Shown here one piece after another: positions 48,425 through 61,400 of a DNA stretch of 64,000 nt. Under the pieces are notes generated by a model that saw nothing but the letters and a program-made list of their open reading frames with translations, did no database searches and was not told the DNA's origin. The stretch spans positions 62,001 through 126,000 of the forward strand of contig NIVC01001294.1 of the NCBI GenBank assembly GCA_002269645.1, in the 5' to 3' direction. Position numbers and translations under genes: made by a program. Source of the stretch: Macrostomum lignano. Lineage: Eukaryota. Numbering within the stretch: the stretch's first letter is position 1; every line of letters starts with the position of its first letter.

Positions 48425-48919
48425 AGCTTCGTGCAAAAAGCGAAGCAAAAGAAGCAGAAATCAAAGCTCAGTTGGATGGGCAGACGGCAGGAAGCGCCAA
48501 CCGTAAAAAACCCTCTAGAAGAAGGGAAGACAAGCAATTAGCTTTAGCACCTGGAGTCTGTTGTCTTTTAGCCCAGCAGCCTCCCTGCCAGCCCTCGCCT
48601 TCCCATGCAGCATTTGCGGGAGCCGCACACGCCAACCCAATTATCTTTGCCGGGTTTTTAACGGAGACGGAGCGGCGAAGAAGATGGAGCAGAGTTTGTT
48701 CAGAGTCTGGGGAAGGGGGGCAGCGGCCTCCGCTCAGGTGGAAAAGTGCTTCACTTCGCATGGATGCCGTCTCCCCTCAGCGGGGGGTATTTTTAGCCGA
48801 GAGGCTTGGTACTAGTTTGTTGCAGATGGTAAATATTGGGGACGGCCCTGCTGCTGATGTTGTGGGCTGTAAGACAACTTTAAACTGCTTCGGGATTTGG
48901 AATGATACATAGGGATATT

Positions 48920-49740
48920 TTTAGTGAGGATTGGTGGGATTCTTAGTGAGGATTGATGAGATTCTTAGTGAGGATTGATGAGATTCTTAGTGAGGATTGG
49001 TGGGATTCTTAGTGAGGATTGGTGAGATTCTTAGTGAGGATTGGTGAGATTCTTAGTGAGGATTGATGAGATTCTTAGTGAGGATTGGTGGGATTCTTAG
49101 TGAGGATTGATGAGATTCTTAGTGAGGATTGGTGAGATTCTTAGTGAGGATTGGTGGGATTCTTAGTGAGGATTGGTGTGATTCTTAGTGAGGATTGGTG
49201 AGATTCTTAGTGAGGATTGGTGAGATTCTTAGTGAGGATTGATGAGATTCTTAGTAAGGATTGGTGAGATTCTTAGTGAGGATTGGTGAGATTCTTAGTG
49301 AGGATTGGTGAGATTCTTAGTGAGGATTGGTGAGATTCTTAGTGAGGATTGGTGAGATTCTTAGTGAGGATTGATGAGATTCTTAGTGAGGATTGGTGAG
49401 ATTCTTAGTGAGGATTGGTGGGATTCTTAGTGAGGATTGATGAGATTCTTAGTGAGGATTGGTGGGATTCTTAGTGAGGATTGGTGGGATTCTTAGTGAG
49501 GATTGGTGTGATTCTTAGTGAGGATTGGTGAGATTCTTAGTGAGGATTGGTGAGATTCTTAGTGAGGATTGATGAGATTCTTAGTAAGGATTGGTGAGAT
49601 TCTTAGTGAGGATTGGTGAGATTCTTAGTGAGGATTGGTGGGATTCTTAGTGAGTATCGTGGGATTCTTAGTGAGTATCGTGGGATTCTTAGTGAGTATT
49701 AGTGGGATTCTTAGTGAAGATAGGTGGGATTCTTGAGAAG
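48920..49740. repeat. 22-bp minisatellite
   Basis: TTCTTAGTGAGGATTGGTGAGA, about 37 copies. Confidence 0.95.
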
Positions 49741-50127
49741 CTTTGTAGAATCCTAGAGAGGATTGGGGACCTAAAGGAGGTTCTATGGAAAGATCAAAAT
49801 TCTCCCAGAGGTCTCGAATGATGCAGACTCGCCCAGCTGCCTGCAAGCTCGCCAAGGGCACAGCGGCTCAATTAGCATTCACTGCAGGCCCAGAAGTTTG
49901 CCACAGCAATTTTCTGCAAGCCCGGCGCATGCACCGAGACTGGCATCCATCACTGCTCGAGTCCTTTGTGCGCGCCTGCTATGCCAGCACAGCCTCCGCG
50001 CCGCATCAGTCATTTCTTGCTGGGCACCGAGCCGCGTCCATTTGTCAATTATTTGCTGCTCAGGCGGAGTTGGCGATTGAGATCGGCTGCTGCTGCATGC
50101 ACTTCTGCTCCGCCACTGCTACTTCTG

Positions 50128-50467
<340 letters not shown>

Positions 50468-51179
50468 TTGAAGAGACTTACTTATCAATTCACCGGCGCT
50501 TGTGTCACTCTAATAAAAAACCTTGTCACAGTCTATTACCGTGCAAATTCAAGAGGTATGGATTGAATTCTCCTACCCAAAGCTTGAACAACTGCAATTT
50601 TTCGTGCATAATTCTTGGCCGAAAGTCAAGCTGAATCGCAGATCACAACGAGGAGGAGGGGGGGGAGCCGCAGGCTTGCTGAGGTCGCGCAGGGCCGGTA
50701 GGGCCAGCCGCAGTGCAGGGAGACGAGTGCTGCGGCCAGCTGGTGCCGGGGATCGAGGCGGGGCCGAACAGATTGAAAAGATGAAACACCCAGACTGCAG
50801 GCTTGTCCGGCTTAAGACCATTATCTTGATTCTTGAAACGTGACTGTTTTCGTCATTTCTACACCCCAGTCAGGGATGGATTCTGTCCGTCTATGCGGCT
50901 CTATAATAGGCCTTGGCAACCAAATACTGGCGCGTCCAAATATGATGAAGCACATCAGCAGTTATTCGATTATTTTCTAGCATTAAGCATTGTGCGCTGC
51001 TTTGTTTACACAGACGGTACTGGTGGCCATCAATATTGCCGCATTTATTAGTTGGAGCGCTAACTCCCTGAATCCTGCTACCTTGACGCGTGAATAGAGT
51101 TTGATAGAGAGTTAACTAGCATCAATAAGAATAGCTGAGTTCAAGGAAAAATGATGCACAGTTTGGGACAAAGCTTGCC

Positions 51180-51480
51180 AGTGTACATTCGGGGGCAGAG
51201 GGGAAGGAGCAAGCTAATGTACAGTCGGGTCGGGTCAGAGGTGACGGAGCTAGCTAATGTACAGTCGGGGGCAGAGGGGAAGGAGCAAGCTAATGTACAG
51301 TCGGGTCAGAGGTGACGGAGCTAGCTAATGTACAGTCGGGGGGAGAAGGGAAGGAGCTAGCTAATGTACAGTCGGGGCAGAGGGGAAGAGCTGGCAAGTG
51401 TACATTTGGGGCAGAGATGGAGGAGCCAGCTGATGTACAGTCGGGGGGAGAAGGGAAGGAGCTAGCTAATGTAAAATCTG
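51180..51480. repeat. Degenerate about 35-bp repeat
   Basis: GCTAATGTACAGTCGGGG(G)CAGAGGGGAAGGA units. Confidence 0.75.
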
Positions 51481-51984
51481 TAGTAGATAAGGACGAACCG
51501 CAGCCGCAATAAGGTAAACCAAACTCAGTTTTTGTTCAGGGGCTACCAAAATAGCAAAGTTCGGAGCTGTAAAAAGTTTTAAGGAAGTTTTTAAACGAAT
51601 TTTTCTGACATCTAAAATCCCCATTAAAAGCTACTCGTAAAATGAATTATGAAAAATTGCGCTTAACCAGATAAATTCGCAAAATGGAAACTCGAGTAAA
51701 TTCGAAACGAAAACAGCGCAGTTGGATTTGTATTTGGATTCAAGTGCATCCGCAATGTGACCATCTTACAGCAGCAGCTGGCAGCGCATGGATTGCACTG
51801 CATAAATTTGGCTCAACGTTAAAATTGATTGAAACGGTTTGTTGATTCGAAATTTATATTGGATAAGAAGTGAGAAGCTTTGCAGCCTGCAAGGATAAAA
51901 TGGTGCAAATGGTTGGTTAATAGAAGGCCCTTGAACTTATTAGCCACCTCAGGCCCCGGGCCCGCAGCAGACAGGAGTGTCTCT

Positions 51985-52067
51985 TCGCCCCGTCGCCCCG
52001 TTCGGGAATCGAACCAGGGACGTCGCATTACGAGAGTCGGATGCCATTTCCCATTGGGCTTGGCGAA
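51985..52067 (-). pseudogene. tRNA-derived pseudogene or SINE head
   Basis: Minus strand: A-box-like AAGCCCAATGG, loop CTCGTAA (CGT, Thr-like), perfect B-box GGTTCGATTCC, 3' ACGGGGCG duplicated; stems imperfect. Confidence 0.55.
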
Positions 52068-53064
52068 AGTACACCAGAAAAAATCAGGGTTTATAGGGAA
52101 GATGTTCTCGTTCAAGGCCTACTTGGCCCAAACAAAGTGAACAGGAGTTTTTTGCGCATGAATACTGCATGCGGGGCAGCCCTGAGAGACAGACAGGGCA
52201 GTGGGACAGGGCAGTGGGAGAGGTGCAAAGGTGTCGGTGCCAGCCCCCCCTCACATGCGAATGTAGAAGGTGAGGGGCTGCAGGGACAAATAAACGGATT
52301 CGGGACTGAAGCTGAGGGCAGCGGAGGCGATCGCTTGTTCTGGCCGGCCGACTAATTAATGGTGACAGAGATGAGGCAGGGAGACTGGGGGGAAGGGAGG
52401 CTTCAGATTGCTATAATATCCCACCCCTCGTGTTCCCCGCAGTCCCGCCAGCTCTGCTGCCGTGTCGTGTCGATCAAAAGACGCCAAGCCGGATGGGGAA
52501 GACGAGGAGCAAATGATCAGGGATTCGATCACCGGCCACCGCTGTAAAAGTGCAGACTAAGCAGGCCCTACTCAGCGGAGTCCGCTCCAAAAAAGGAGCA
52601 GAGAGAGAAATCAATAAAATCGAAGGCACAAAAGAGCAGAAGAAATCATTTTCCAGTATTTGCCCGTGAAGCATTGCGGCAGCATATTAATGATTAATTT
52701 ATTAATTATAAGAAGCGATATACAGACTTTGAATCGCATATGTTTGTATATTATTACTGAACTCGAACCCTCTTGACCTAACAGACAAACTTTAGCAGTT
52801 AACAATAGCGTTAAACAGGCATTTTATCTGGATAGCGAGGTCGTGTACTGACGCAAGACTTCTAATAGAGTCAAAACAAATACGCAGATAAAAGGAAATG
52901 GAAAAGGCTCTGCAGAGTCTGGGGATAATAGATCGGAGCTCAAGCAATAATTAAAAAAATTTTCTGAGGAAAAACTGGTTCGAATTTGAACACAAAAAAA
53001 GAGAAGAGCGCAGAAATTGATATCTGTGCAGAGCGTATTTACACCTGGCAATGACGACAAGCTG

Positions 53065-53527
53065 GAGACAGGTAGGTGGACAGGTGAGCAGACAGGTAGG
53101 CAGACAGGTAGGTAGACAGGTTAGGCAGATTGGTGGGCAGGCAAGGAGGTAGACAGGTAGGTAGACAGGTTAGGCAGACAGGTGGACAGGTAGGTAAACA
53201 GGTTAGGCAGATTGGTGGGCAGGCAGGGAGGTAGACAGGTTAGGCAGACAGGTGGACAGGTAGGTAGACAGGTAGGCAGACAGGTAGGTAGACAGGTAGA
53301 TAGACAGGTTAGGCAGATTGGTGGGCAGGCAGGGAGGTAGACAGGTAGGTAGACAGGTGGGCAGACAGGTAGGTAGACAGGTTAGGCAGATTGGTGGGCA
53401 GGCAGGGAGGTAGACAGGTAGGTAGACAGGTGGGCAGACAGGTAGATAGACAGGTTAGGCAGATTGGTGGGCAGGCAGGGAGGTAGACAGGTAGGTAGAC
53501 AGGTGGGCAGACAGGTAGGTAGACAGG
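53065..53527. repeat. GACAGGTAG/GGCAG-based compound repeat
   Basis: AGACAGGTAGGT and GGCAGATTGGTGGGCAGGCAGGGAGGT blocks. Confidence 0.9.
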
Positions 53528-54465
53528 GAGTGACACAACACAGATTCACAACACAGATTAGACTAGCGGCAAATGTAATGAGGCAAAATTTGCATTAAAC
53601 TGTGAAAAGAGGTCATTAAGTGTGTAGAAGGTGTGCGAGATGCATTAATAAACCCAATAATGACATGAGACTGCGGCAGTTGAACACAGCAGGGACTTAC
53701 CGCTGACTGTAAGCTCTCGGGGAGTTTGTATAATTAGGAAATCGGAACGAATGGCATTCGATTTCACAATTTAAAAAAATTGTCTGTAAACATGACAGTC
53801 TTATTATAAAAGAAAGTTTTCGTTAACAAATTATTTTCATAGCTATACTAATATAATTTTAGGACTAGAGAAAATATATAGTTAACATAGGTACCTATTG
53901 CTTTGTAAATATTAATAAATACGACATTAAAAATAAAAACATTAATATTAATATAATAGGAGACACAGGAGACTAAATGCCGGAGCAAAACAGAGAATAT
54001 TGCACAGTTAAATGAAACATTTTCGACTTAGAAATGAAACAGCTGAAACTCTGACAAAATGGGCTAAAGCAGTAGAAAAAAAAGAAAATTTTGGGTGAAC
54101 GAAGCCGGACAGCAACTACTTGAACGCAAAAGAAATATCTAATTCGATTCTGTAGGGAAAATACAAGCATTAATCAAATATACGTTGGCAAGGTTATCAG
54201 TAGTTTATATTGAATTCATTTCAATCGCGAATCTCTCAAATAGTACCCAATTAGGGTTCATTCTAGACACTACCAATGCTACTACTTTCGTCTATGGTTA
54301 AAACACCGTCTAGGGCACAGACAGAGCATAGGATTTAGGACACAGAGCAGTTAAATTCGGACAAGGCATGCCCGCCCTGCTAATGGAAGCTGGAAATGAA
54401 CCTACAAACAGGATGTAATCACAGTTGCCAAGAGTGAAGCCTGGTTTGCTCACACACACTGCGCT

Positions 54466-55365
54466 TCCTGGGCTGAATATGGTTGGCCGTGTCCTTAAAT
54501 TCAACACTCTCCCTCAGACACGGTTTTGGCCATAGACAATCGTTGAAGCATGGGCTGAATATGGTTGGCCGTGTCCTTAAATTCAACACTCTCTCCCTCA
54601 GACACGGTTTTGGCCATAGACAATCGTTGAAGCATGGGCTGAATATGGTTGGTCTTGTCTTAAATTCAATGCTCTCCCTCGGACACGGTTTTGGCCATAG
54701 ACAATCGTTGAAGCATGGGCTGAATATGGTTGGCCGTGTCCTTAAATTCAACACTCTCTCCCTCAGACACGGTTTTGGCCATAGACAATCGTTGAAGCAT
54801 GGGCTGAATATGGTTGGTCTTGTCTTAAATTCAATGCTCTCCCTCGGACACGGTTTTGGCCATAGACAATCGTTGAAGCATGGGCTGAATATGGTTGGCC
54901 GTGTCCTTAAATTCAACACTCTCCCTCAGACACGGTTTTGGCCATAGACAATCGTTGAAGCATGGGCTGAATATGGTTGGCAGTGTCCTTAAATTCAACA
55001 CTCTCCCTCAGACACGGTTTTGGCCATAGACAATCGTTGAAGCATGGGCTGAATATGGTTGGCAGTGTCCTTAAATTCAACACTCTCCCTCAGACACGGT
55101 TTTGGCCATAGACAATCGTTGAAGCATGGGCTGAATATGGTTGGCAGTGTCCTTAAATTCAACACTCTCCCTCAGACACGGTTTTGGCCATAGACAATCG
55201 TTGAAGCATGGGCTGAATATGGTTGGCCGTGTCCTTAAATTCAACACTCTCTCCCTCAGACACGGTTTTGGCCATAGACAATCGTTGAAGCATGGGCTGA
55301 ATATGGTTGGTCGTGTCATAAATTCAATGCTCTCCCCCAGACACGGTTTTGGCCATAGACATTGG
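54466..55365. repeat. 81-84 bp tandem repeat, about 11 copies, just downstream of the TMEM132 stop
   Basis: CATGGGCTGAATATGG recurs at 54549, 54633, 54714, 54798, 54879, 54961, 55043, 55125, 55207, 55291. Confidence 0.95.
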
Positions 55366-55428
55366 CTAAAGCAACTTGCAACACCAGAGCAGAACAATGC
55401 CTAGTCAAACATACTGGAATACAAAGTT

Positions 55429-58400
55429 TCAAGCGGCCGTCTCCTTCATGTGATCAAAGTAAGCCAACAGTTGGCCGTAGTCCATACGGCGCATGCTCTG
55501 ACTCCAGCTAAGGTCCCCGGTTCGAATCCCGGCAGCCGAAGACGACGACGAAGCCGAATAGGGCGGCGGCAGCTGGCGCGAGAAGCGAGGAGTGGCGCAC
55601 GGGTTCAAAGCCGGTACCGGCGAGGGCGACATGGACGATGACGGCGGCGCAGCGGCTCCCGGACTCAGACGGCGACTGCTGGTGCGCATCGGCGGCCGCG
55701 GCAGGGAGCCGTCAATGGCGAGGGAGTGCTGACGGCTGCTGCAGATATGATTTATTGAGGGAAAAATATTTAATTGTCTAATATGAGCTCTAATTATCTA
55801 ATTTTAGAGTCCCAAAGGTCTAGGGGGGCAGTAGCGGCCTGACTGGGGGGTTCATGAAGGACAGGAAGTCTGATTGGGGGAGGGGGGTCCATGGGGGACA
55901 GCAGCAGTCTGACTGGGGGGGGTCCATGGGGGACAGCAACAGCCTGACTAGGGGGGTTCATGGGGGACAGCAACAGCCTGACTAGGGGGTCCATGGGGGA
56001 CAGCAACAGCCTGACTAGGGGGTCCATGGGGGACAGGAACAGTCTGATTCGGGGTCCATGGGGGACAGGAACAGCCTGACTAGGGGGGTCCATGGGGGAC
56101 AGGAACAGCCTGACTAGGGGGGTTCATGGGGGACAGCAACAGCCTGACTAGGGGGGTTCATGGGGGACAGGAACAGCCTGACTAGGGGGGTCCATGGGGA
56201 CAGGAACAGTCTGATTCGAGGGTCCATGGGGGACAGGAACAGCCTGACTAGGGGGGTTCATGGGGGACAGGAACAGCCTGACTAGGGGGGTTCATGGGGA
56301 CAGCAACAGCCTGACTAGGGGGTCCATGGGGGACAGCAACAGCCTGACTAGGGGGTCCATGGGGGACAGGAACAGTCTGATTCGGGGGTCCATGGGGGGA
56401 CAGGAACAGTCTGATTCGGGGGTCCATGGGGGACAGGAACAGCCTGACTAGGGGGGCTCATGGGGGACAGGAACAGCCTGACTAGGGGGGTTCATGGGGG
56501 ACAGCAACAGCCTGACTAGGGGGTCCATGGGGGACAGCAACAGCCTGACTAGGGGGTCCATGGGGGACAGGAACAGTCTGATTCGGGGGTCCATGGGGGA
56601 CAGCAGCAGTCTGACTAGGGGGATCCATAAGGGAAAGCAACAGCCTGACTAGGGGGGTCCATGAGGGACAGCAGCAGTCTGACTGGGGGGATCCAGAGGG
56701 GACAGCAGCAGTCTGACTAGGGGGGTCCATGGGGGACAGCAGCAGTCTGACTAGGGGGGTCCATGGGGGACAGCAGCAGTCTGACTGGAGGGATCCAGAG
56801 GGGACAGCAGCAGTCGGACTGGGGGGATCCATGAGGGACAGCAGCAGTCTGACTGGGGGGATCCATGGGGGACAGCAGCAGTCTGACTGGAGGGATCCAT
56901 GGGGGACAGCGGCCGCGTTCCCAGATCCAGTTTGAGCAGTTTTGAGCCCTATAATCAACACAACAGCCGATGACACCGCAGCAGACAGGCAGCCTACCCC
57001 AGCATAGACGAGGTGCCCAGCCGCGGTGTCAGCCTGGCGGGCTGCAGGCTCTCCAGCGGATTGGCCACAATGCGAATGGAGCACTCCTGGCCCTGATAAG
57101 TGGTGCCGGCAGCGGCGGCCACCGACGCTCCCGGAGAAGCCACGGTAGCAGTCGCGGGGCCGCCCTGCCGGCCAAACGTGGTGAGGTGACTGCTGGAATC
57201 CGCAGGGCTCTGCGGCGCCAGGCCAGAAGAGGCTGCAGACGAAGTCGGCGGGACAGCGGCGGCGAGGGCGGATCTGACGGGCTGGATGAACTTCGTGTGC
57301 CGATAGATGGTGCCATCGTCCCTGCACAGCTTCTTGTCCTGCAGGGTGTCCAGGCCCACCCACACCCAGTTGTTGTCTGTGTATTCCTCTTCGCCAGGCT
57401 GCAGCGGGCCTCGGCGCTGCTGCTGCTGCTGCTGCTGGAAGGCGCCGACAGACGAAGGCGGCGACCTGCGCTCTCCGGACTGCAGCAGCAGGGAGGGCGA
57501 CTGCATTGACTGCAGGCTGCTGCCGTGCAGAGGCAACGGCGACTGCTGCTGAAGCAGATGCTGAAACTGCTGCTGCTGATGCTCAGCCGCCGGCTGCTGC
57601 TGGCGATGCGCGGCGTCGCTTGAATCGGCGCTGGGGAGTCGGCGGTGCTTCCGGTATCTGCATGGCAACACGGTAGTGATGAAGGGTAGAGCTACTTGCT
57701 GGCAGAGAGGAGGGAGGGGGTGATGAACTAGGAAGGGGAATTTCTAGCCATAATGGGGGAATTTCTAATTTGCAGGGGAGTTTTTAGCTATAATAGGGGA
57801 ATCACTAGCTAAAGTGGGGGAATTCCTAGCTACAGTTGGGGAATTCTTAGCTACAGTTATGGAATTCCTAGCTAAAGTGGGGGAATTCCTAGCTATAGTG
57901 AGGGAATTCCTAGCTATAGTGGGGGAATTCCTAACCAGAAGGCAGTTGGATCGAAACCGGAACCCACCTGGCGCACATGACGGCAAAGTTGACAAAGAAG
58001 ACCATCACGGCCAGACAGAAGATGGCCAGCAGCACAAACATGCCGATCTGGAAGGGCGATCGGCGAGCTGTCGGCCTTGGCTTGCCACCGCTGACTCCGC
58101 CGGCGGAGGAGGCAGACCGCGAGCCGCCGTCGCCGAAGCTCAGGCTGTCGTCCTTGCCGCCGGAGTCGGGTGGCTGCTGCCCACCGTAGCCGTTCCTGCT
58201 CGACCTGTAGCCGGTGCTGCCCGAAGAGCCCGCCGAGGCGGAGGCGTCGCCTGGCAACAGCTGGTGGTAGTCGGACGAGGACGCCAGGATCGAGTCAAGG
58301 TTCAGGTTGGGTGCCTGCCGGCCGTCGCCAGCAGCGGCAACGTCGCCCGCCCCGGAGCGCAGAGTTGGCGGCGACTGAGGCGGCGACGGCCGCTGCGGAG

Positions 58401-61400
58401 AATTCGACGAACCGGACGATGTCGATGAAGGCGACGCTGGACTGTCGCGGCGGCTGGGGAACTTGATGCGGCCGCGGACTTCTACCAGCGACGTGGCTGG
58501 CGGCTTCAACAGGGGCCGGCCGCTGCCTCGGCTGCCGCCGCCGCCGCAGAAGTCGCTCTGCAGCAGGCGCACAGTGACGAGGGCGCTGTCGGGCGCCTCG
58601 GCAATGGCATGGAATATGGGCCAGTTGGTGCGGAGGCTGCGGTCCAGCGGGCGAAGCGCCGAGGCATTGTAGCTGACGACCTGAAGGGCAGGGGTGGGGG
58701 TGAGTTTAACAAATTAGCCGTTGCCGGGAATCGAATCAGCGGCTCACACGGTGTACAGCGGCAATGAGTATTTATCGGGCATTCACTCTGTGCCTGGAAT
58801 TGGCGCACCAGTGTATGACAGCAATCAACGCACCTGCACAGTGATGTAGTCGGGATCAATATCCTCCACAGCTGCTTCAGTGCCGTCGGTGAATCTGACA
58901 ACAATGCGAACGTAGCCAGACTGATTGTAGCGCTCGAAATTTCTGCTGATATGAGCGGTGAGGTAGCGGCCCATGAGCTGGTCGCCGATCAGCAGCACGG
59001 ACAGGTTGGTGACGAAGTGCGCCTCCACGCTGTCGATGCGGACGCTGCCGCCCGTGCCGACAGACAGGCTGGCATTGCCGCGGCGCGGCTCCGCCACGGA
59101 CACCAAGGCGCGGCCGCGACCAACGCCTTCCAGGGTGCTGCCTTTCAGGGCGGCGACACGGGAGTCGCTGACGGTCAGGCGGCCGACTGCAAAATGGGTG
59201 ACGTCAAGCAGCTGCTGGTGCTGGTCGGGCAGCTCGGCCGGGGTGTCGGCAAACATAGACGAAGCTGAGGAAGCGGCTGGGGCCGCTGCGCCGCCGCTGA
59301 ATTTTGGTATCGACAGCAGGGCGCCGCCTGCCTTCTGGCTGCGCATTATGAATCGAGTGAACACCTGCAAATGGGGGGTGGTGATTGACAGCCTGCGGGA
59401 GCTCCGTCTCCAGTACAGGTGGAGAGGCGGCAACCCGCTGGAGGGTGGCAGTGGGGCGGCAGCCCGCTGGAGGGTGGCAGTGGGGCGGCAACCCGCTGGA
59501 GGGTGGCAGTGGGGCGGCAGCCCGCTGGAGGGTGGCAGTGGGGCGGCAACCCGCTGGAGCGTTGCGACAGCCGATTAAGAAGCCTCGCTTACCTGCACCC
59601 TGGCATCCTGAAACTTCTTCCGGCAATGAACTCCGCCTCCACCGCGTCGCCGGCCGGCTCGTCGACCGAAGCGCCGACTGCGTCGCAGCGCTGAGGATGA
59701 CGGCTGGCGCGACGCCGAGCGCAGGTAGGCGTACCCTCCGCCGGCGCCAGACGCTAGAGACAGCCGGGGGACTCGCCAGCCGCGAATGCGCTGCAGCTCG
59801 GAGTCGGTGAGGGTGACCCGCAGCGGGAACACCGGATAGTACACGTTGAATGCGAACTCGGCCGTGTGCGAGCGCCACTTGGCGGTGATGGTGGCGCCGT
59901 CGCCGCCGGACCGCTCGGTGCCATTGAAGAACACGTACTCGCAGCGCTTGCCCACCTTGATGACCTCCTCCTTGCTGTGGTAGCAGTTGGCCGTGTGGAT
60001 TCGCTCCGGCACCAGAGCGTCGTTGACAGCGTAGAGCCACAGCTGGCTGCGCGCGAACTCGCCGGAGATGGCGGCCAGGTTGAGCAGGTCGGCCTCCTTG
60101 TACACCGCCACCAGGCCGCGGACGCCATCGTACAGCCGGTGCTCGGTGCCGATGGCCGCCCGCTCGTCAGCGAGCCTGTTGACCCAGTTGCCGCCCCGCT
60201 CGCTGGTCTTCTTGACGTACCAGCGCAGGCGGACCCGATCCGACGCGAATGCGGCCGCGTCCGCCGCGCCGGCCAGGGCTCGGACAAAGACTGTGCAGAT
60301 TAGACTCTTTGTAGACAGCTTGGCGTTGTAATACTCGTTGCTAATTGTGCCATTGACGCTCAGGCTGCGATTGCCGTCGGCGATGGACCAGCGGGTGATC
60401 CAGTTCTGGCGCTGGCTCAGCAGCACGTGGTCGAACACGGCGGCCGCGCCGGGCGGCTCAATTTGAACCTCCAGGTTGAAGGTGACGATCTTGGAGAACT
60501 CCTTCACCAGGACGTCCACCTGCAAGGCGATTTGAGCATTTAAGCAAAATCATTTTAAGGTCAACAGAAATGAAATGGTAGGAGAAAGCTAGAAAGTTTT
60601 AACACTTGTTCTCTGGGGATTTTGGAGGCTGGCCTAGCAACTGAGGATCTGGGAGGCTGGCCCAGCAACTGACACTCTTGGAGGCTGGCCCAGCAACTGA
60701 GGATCTGGGAGGCTGGCCCAGCAACTGAGGATCTGGGAGGCTGGCCTAGCAACTGAGGATCTGTGAGGCTGGCCCAGCAACTGAGGATCTGGGAGGCTGG
60801 CCCAGCAACTGAGGATCTGGGAGGCTGGCCTAGCAACTGAGGATCTGGGAGGCTGGCCTAGCCACTGAGGATCTGTGAGGCTGGCCCAGCAACTGACATT
60901 CTGGGAGGCTGGCCTAGCAACCTGACACTCTGGGAGGCTGGCCTAGCCACTGAGGATCTGTGAGGCTGGCCCAGCAACTGACACTCTGGGAGGCTGGCCT
61001 AGCAACCTGACACTCTGGGAGGCTGGCCTAGCAACTGGGGATCTGCGAGGCTGGACCAGCAACTGAGGATCTGGGAGGCTGGCCCAGCAACTGACACTCT
61101 TGGAGGCTGGCCCAGCAACTGAGGATCTGGGAGGCTGGCCCAGCAACTGAGGATCTGGGAGGCTGGCCCAGCAACTGAGGATCTGGGAGGCTGGCCCAGC
61201 AACTGAGGATCTGGGAGGCTGGCCTAGCAACTGAGGATCTGGGAGGCTGGCCTAGCCACTGAGGATCTGTGAGGCTGGCCCAGCAACTGACACTCTGGGA
61301 GGCTGGCCTAGCAACCTGACACTCTGGGAGGCTGGCCTAGCAACTGGGGATCTGCGAGGCTGGACCAGCAACTGAGGATCTGGGAGGCTGGCCCAGCAAC

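Noticed and set aside
54466-55365. CRISPR-like appearance (palindromic regular repeats)
   Set aside because: No unique spacers, eukaryotic context, no cas genes.
58470-58495. RIKF as a PP1-docking RVxF motif in TMEM132
   Set aside because: It lies N-terminal to the TM helix, i.e. extracellular.
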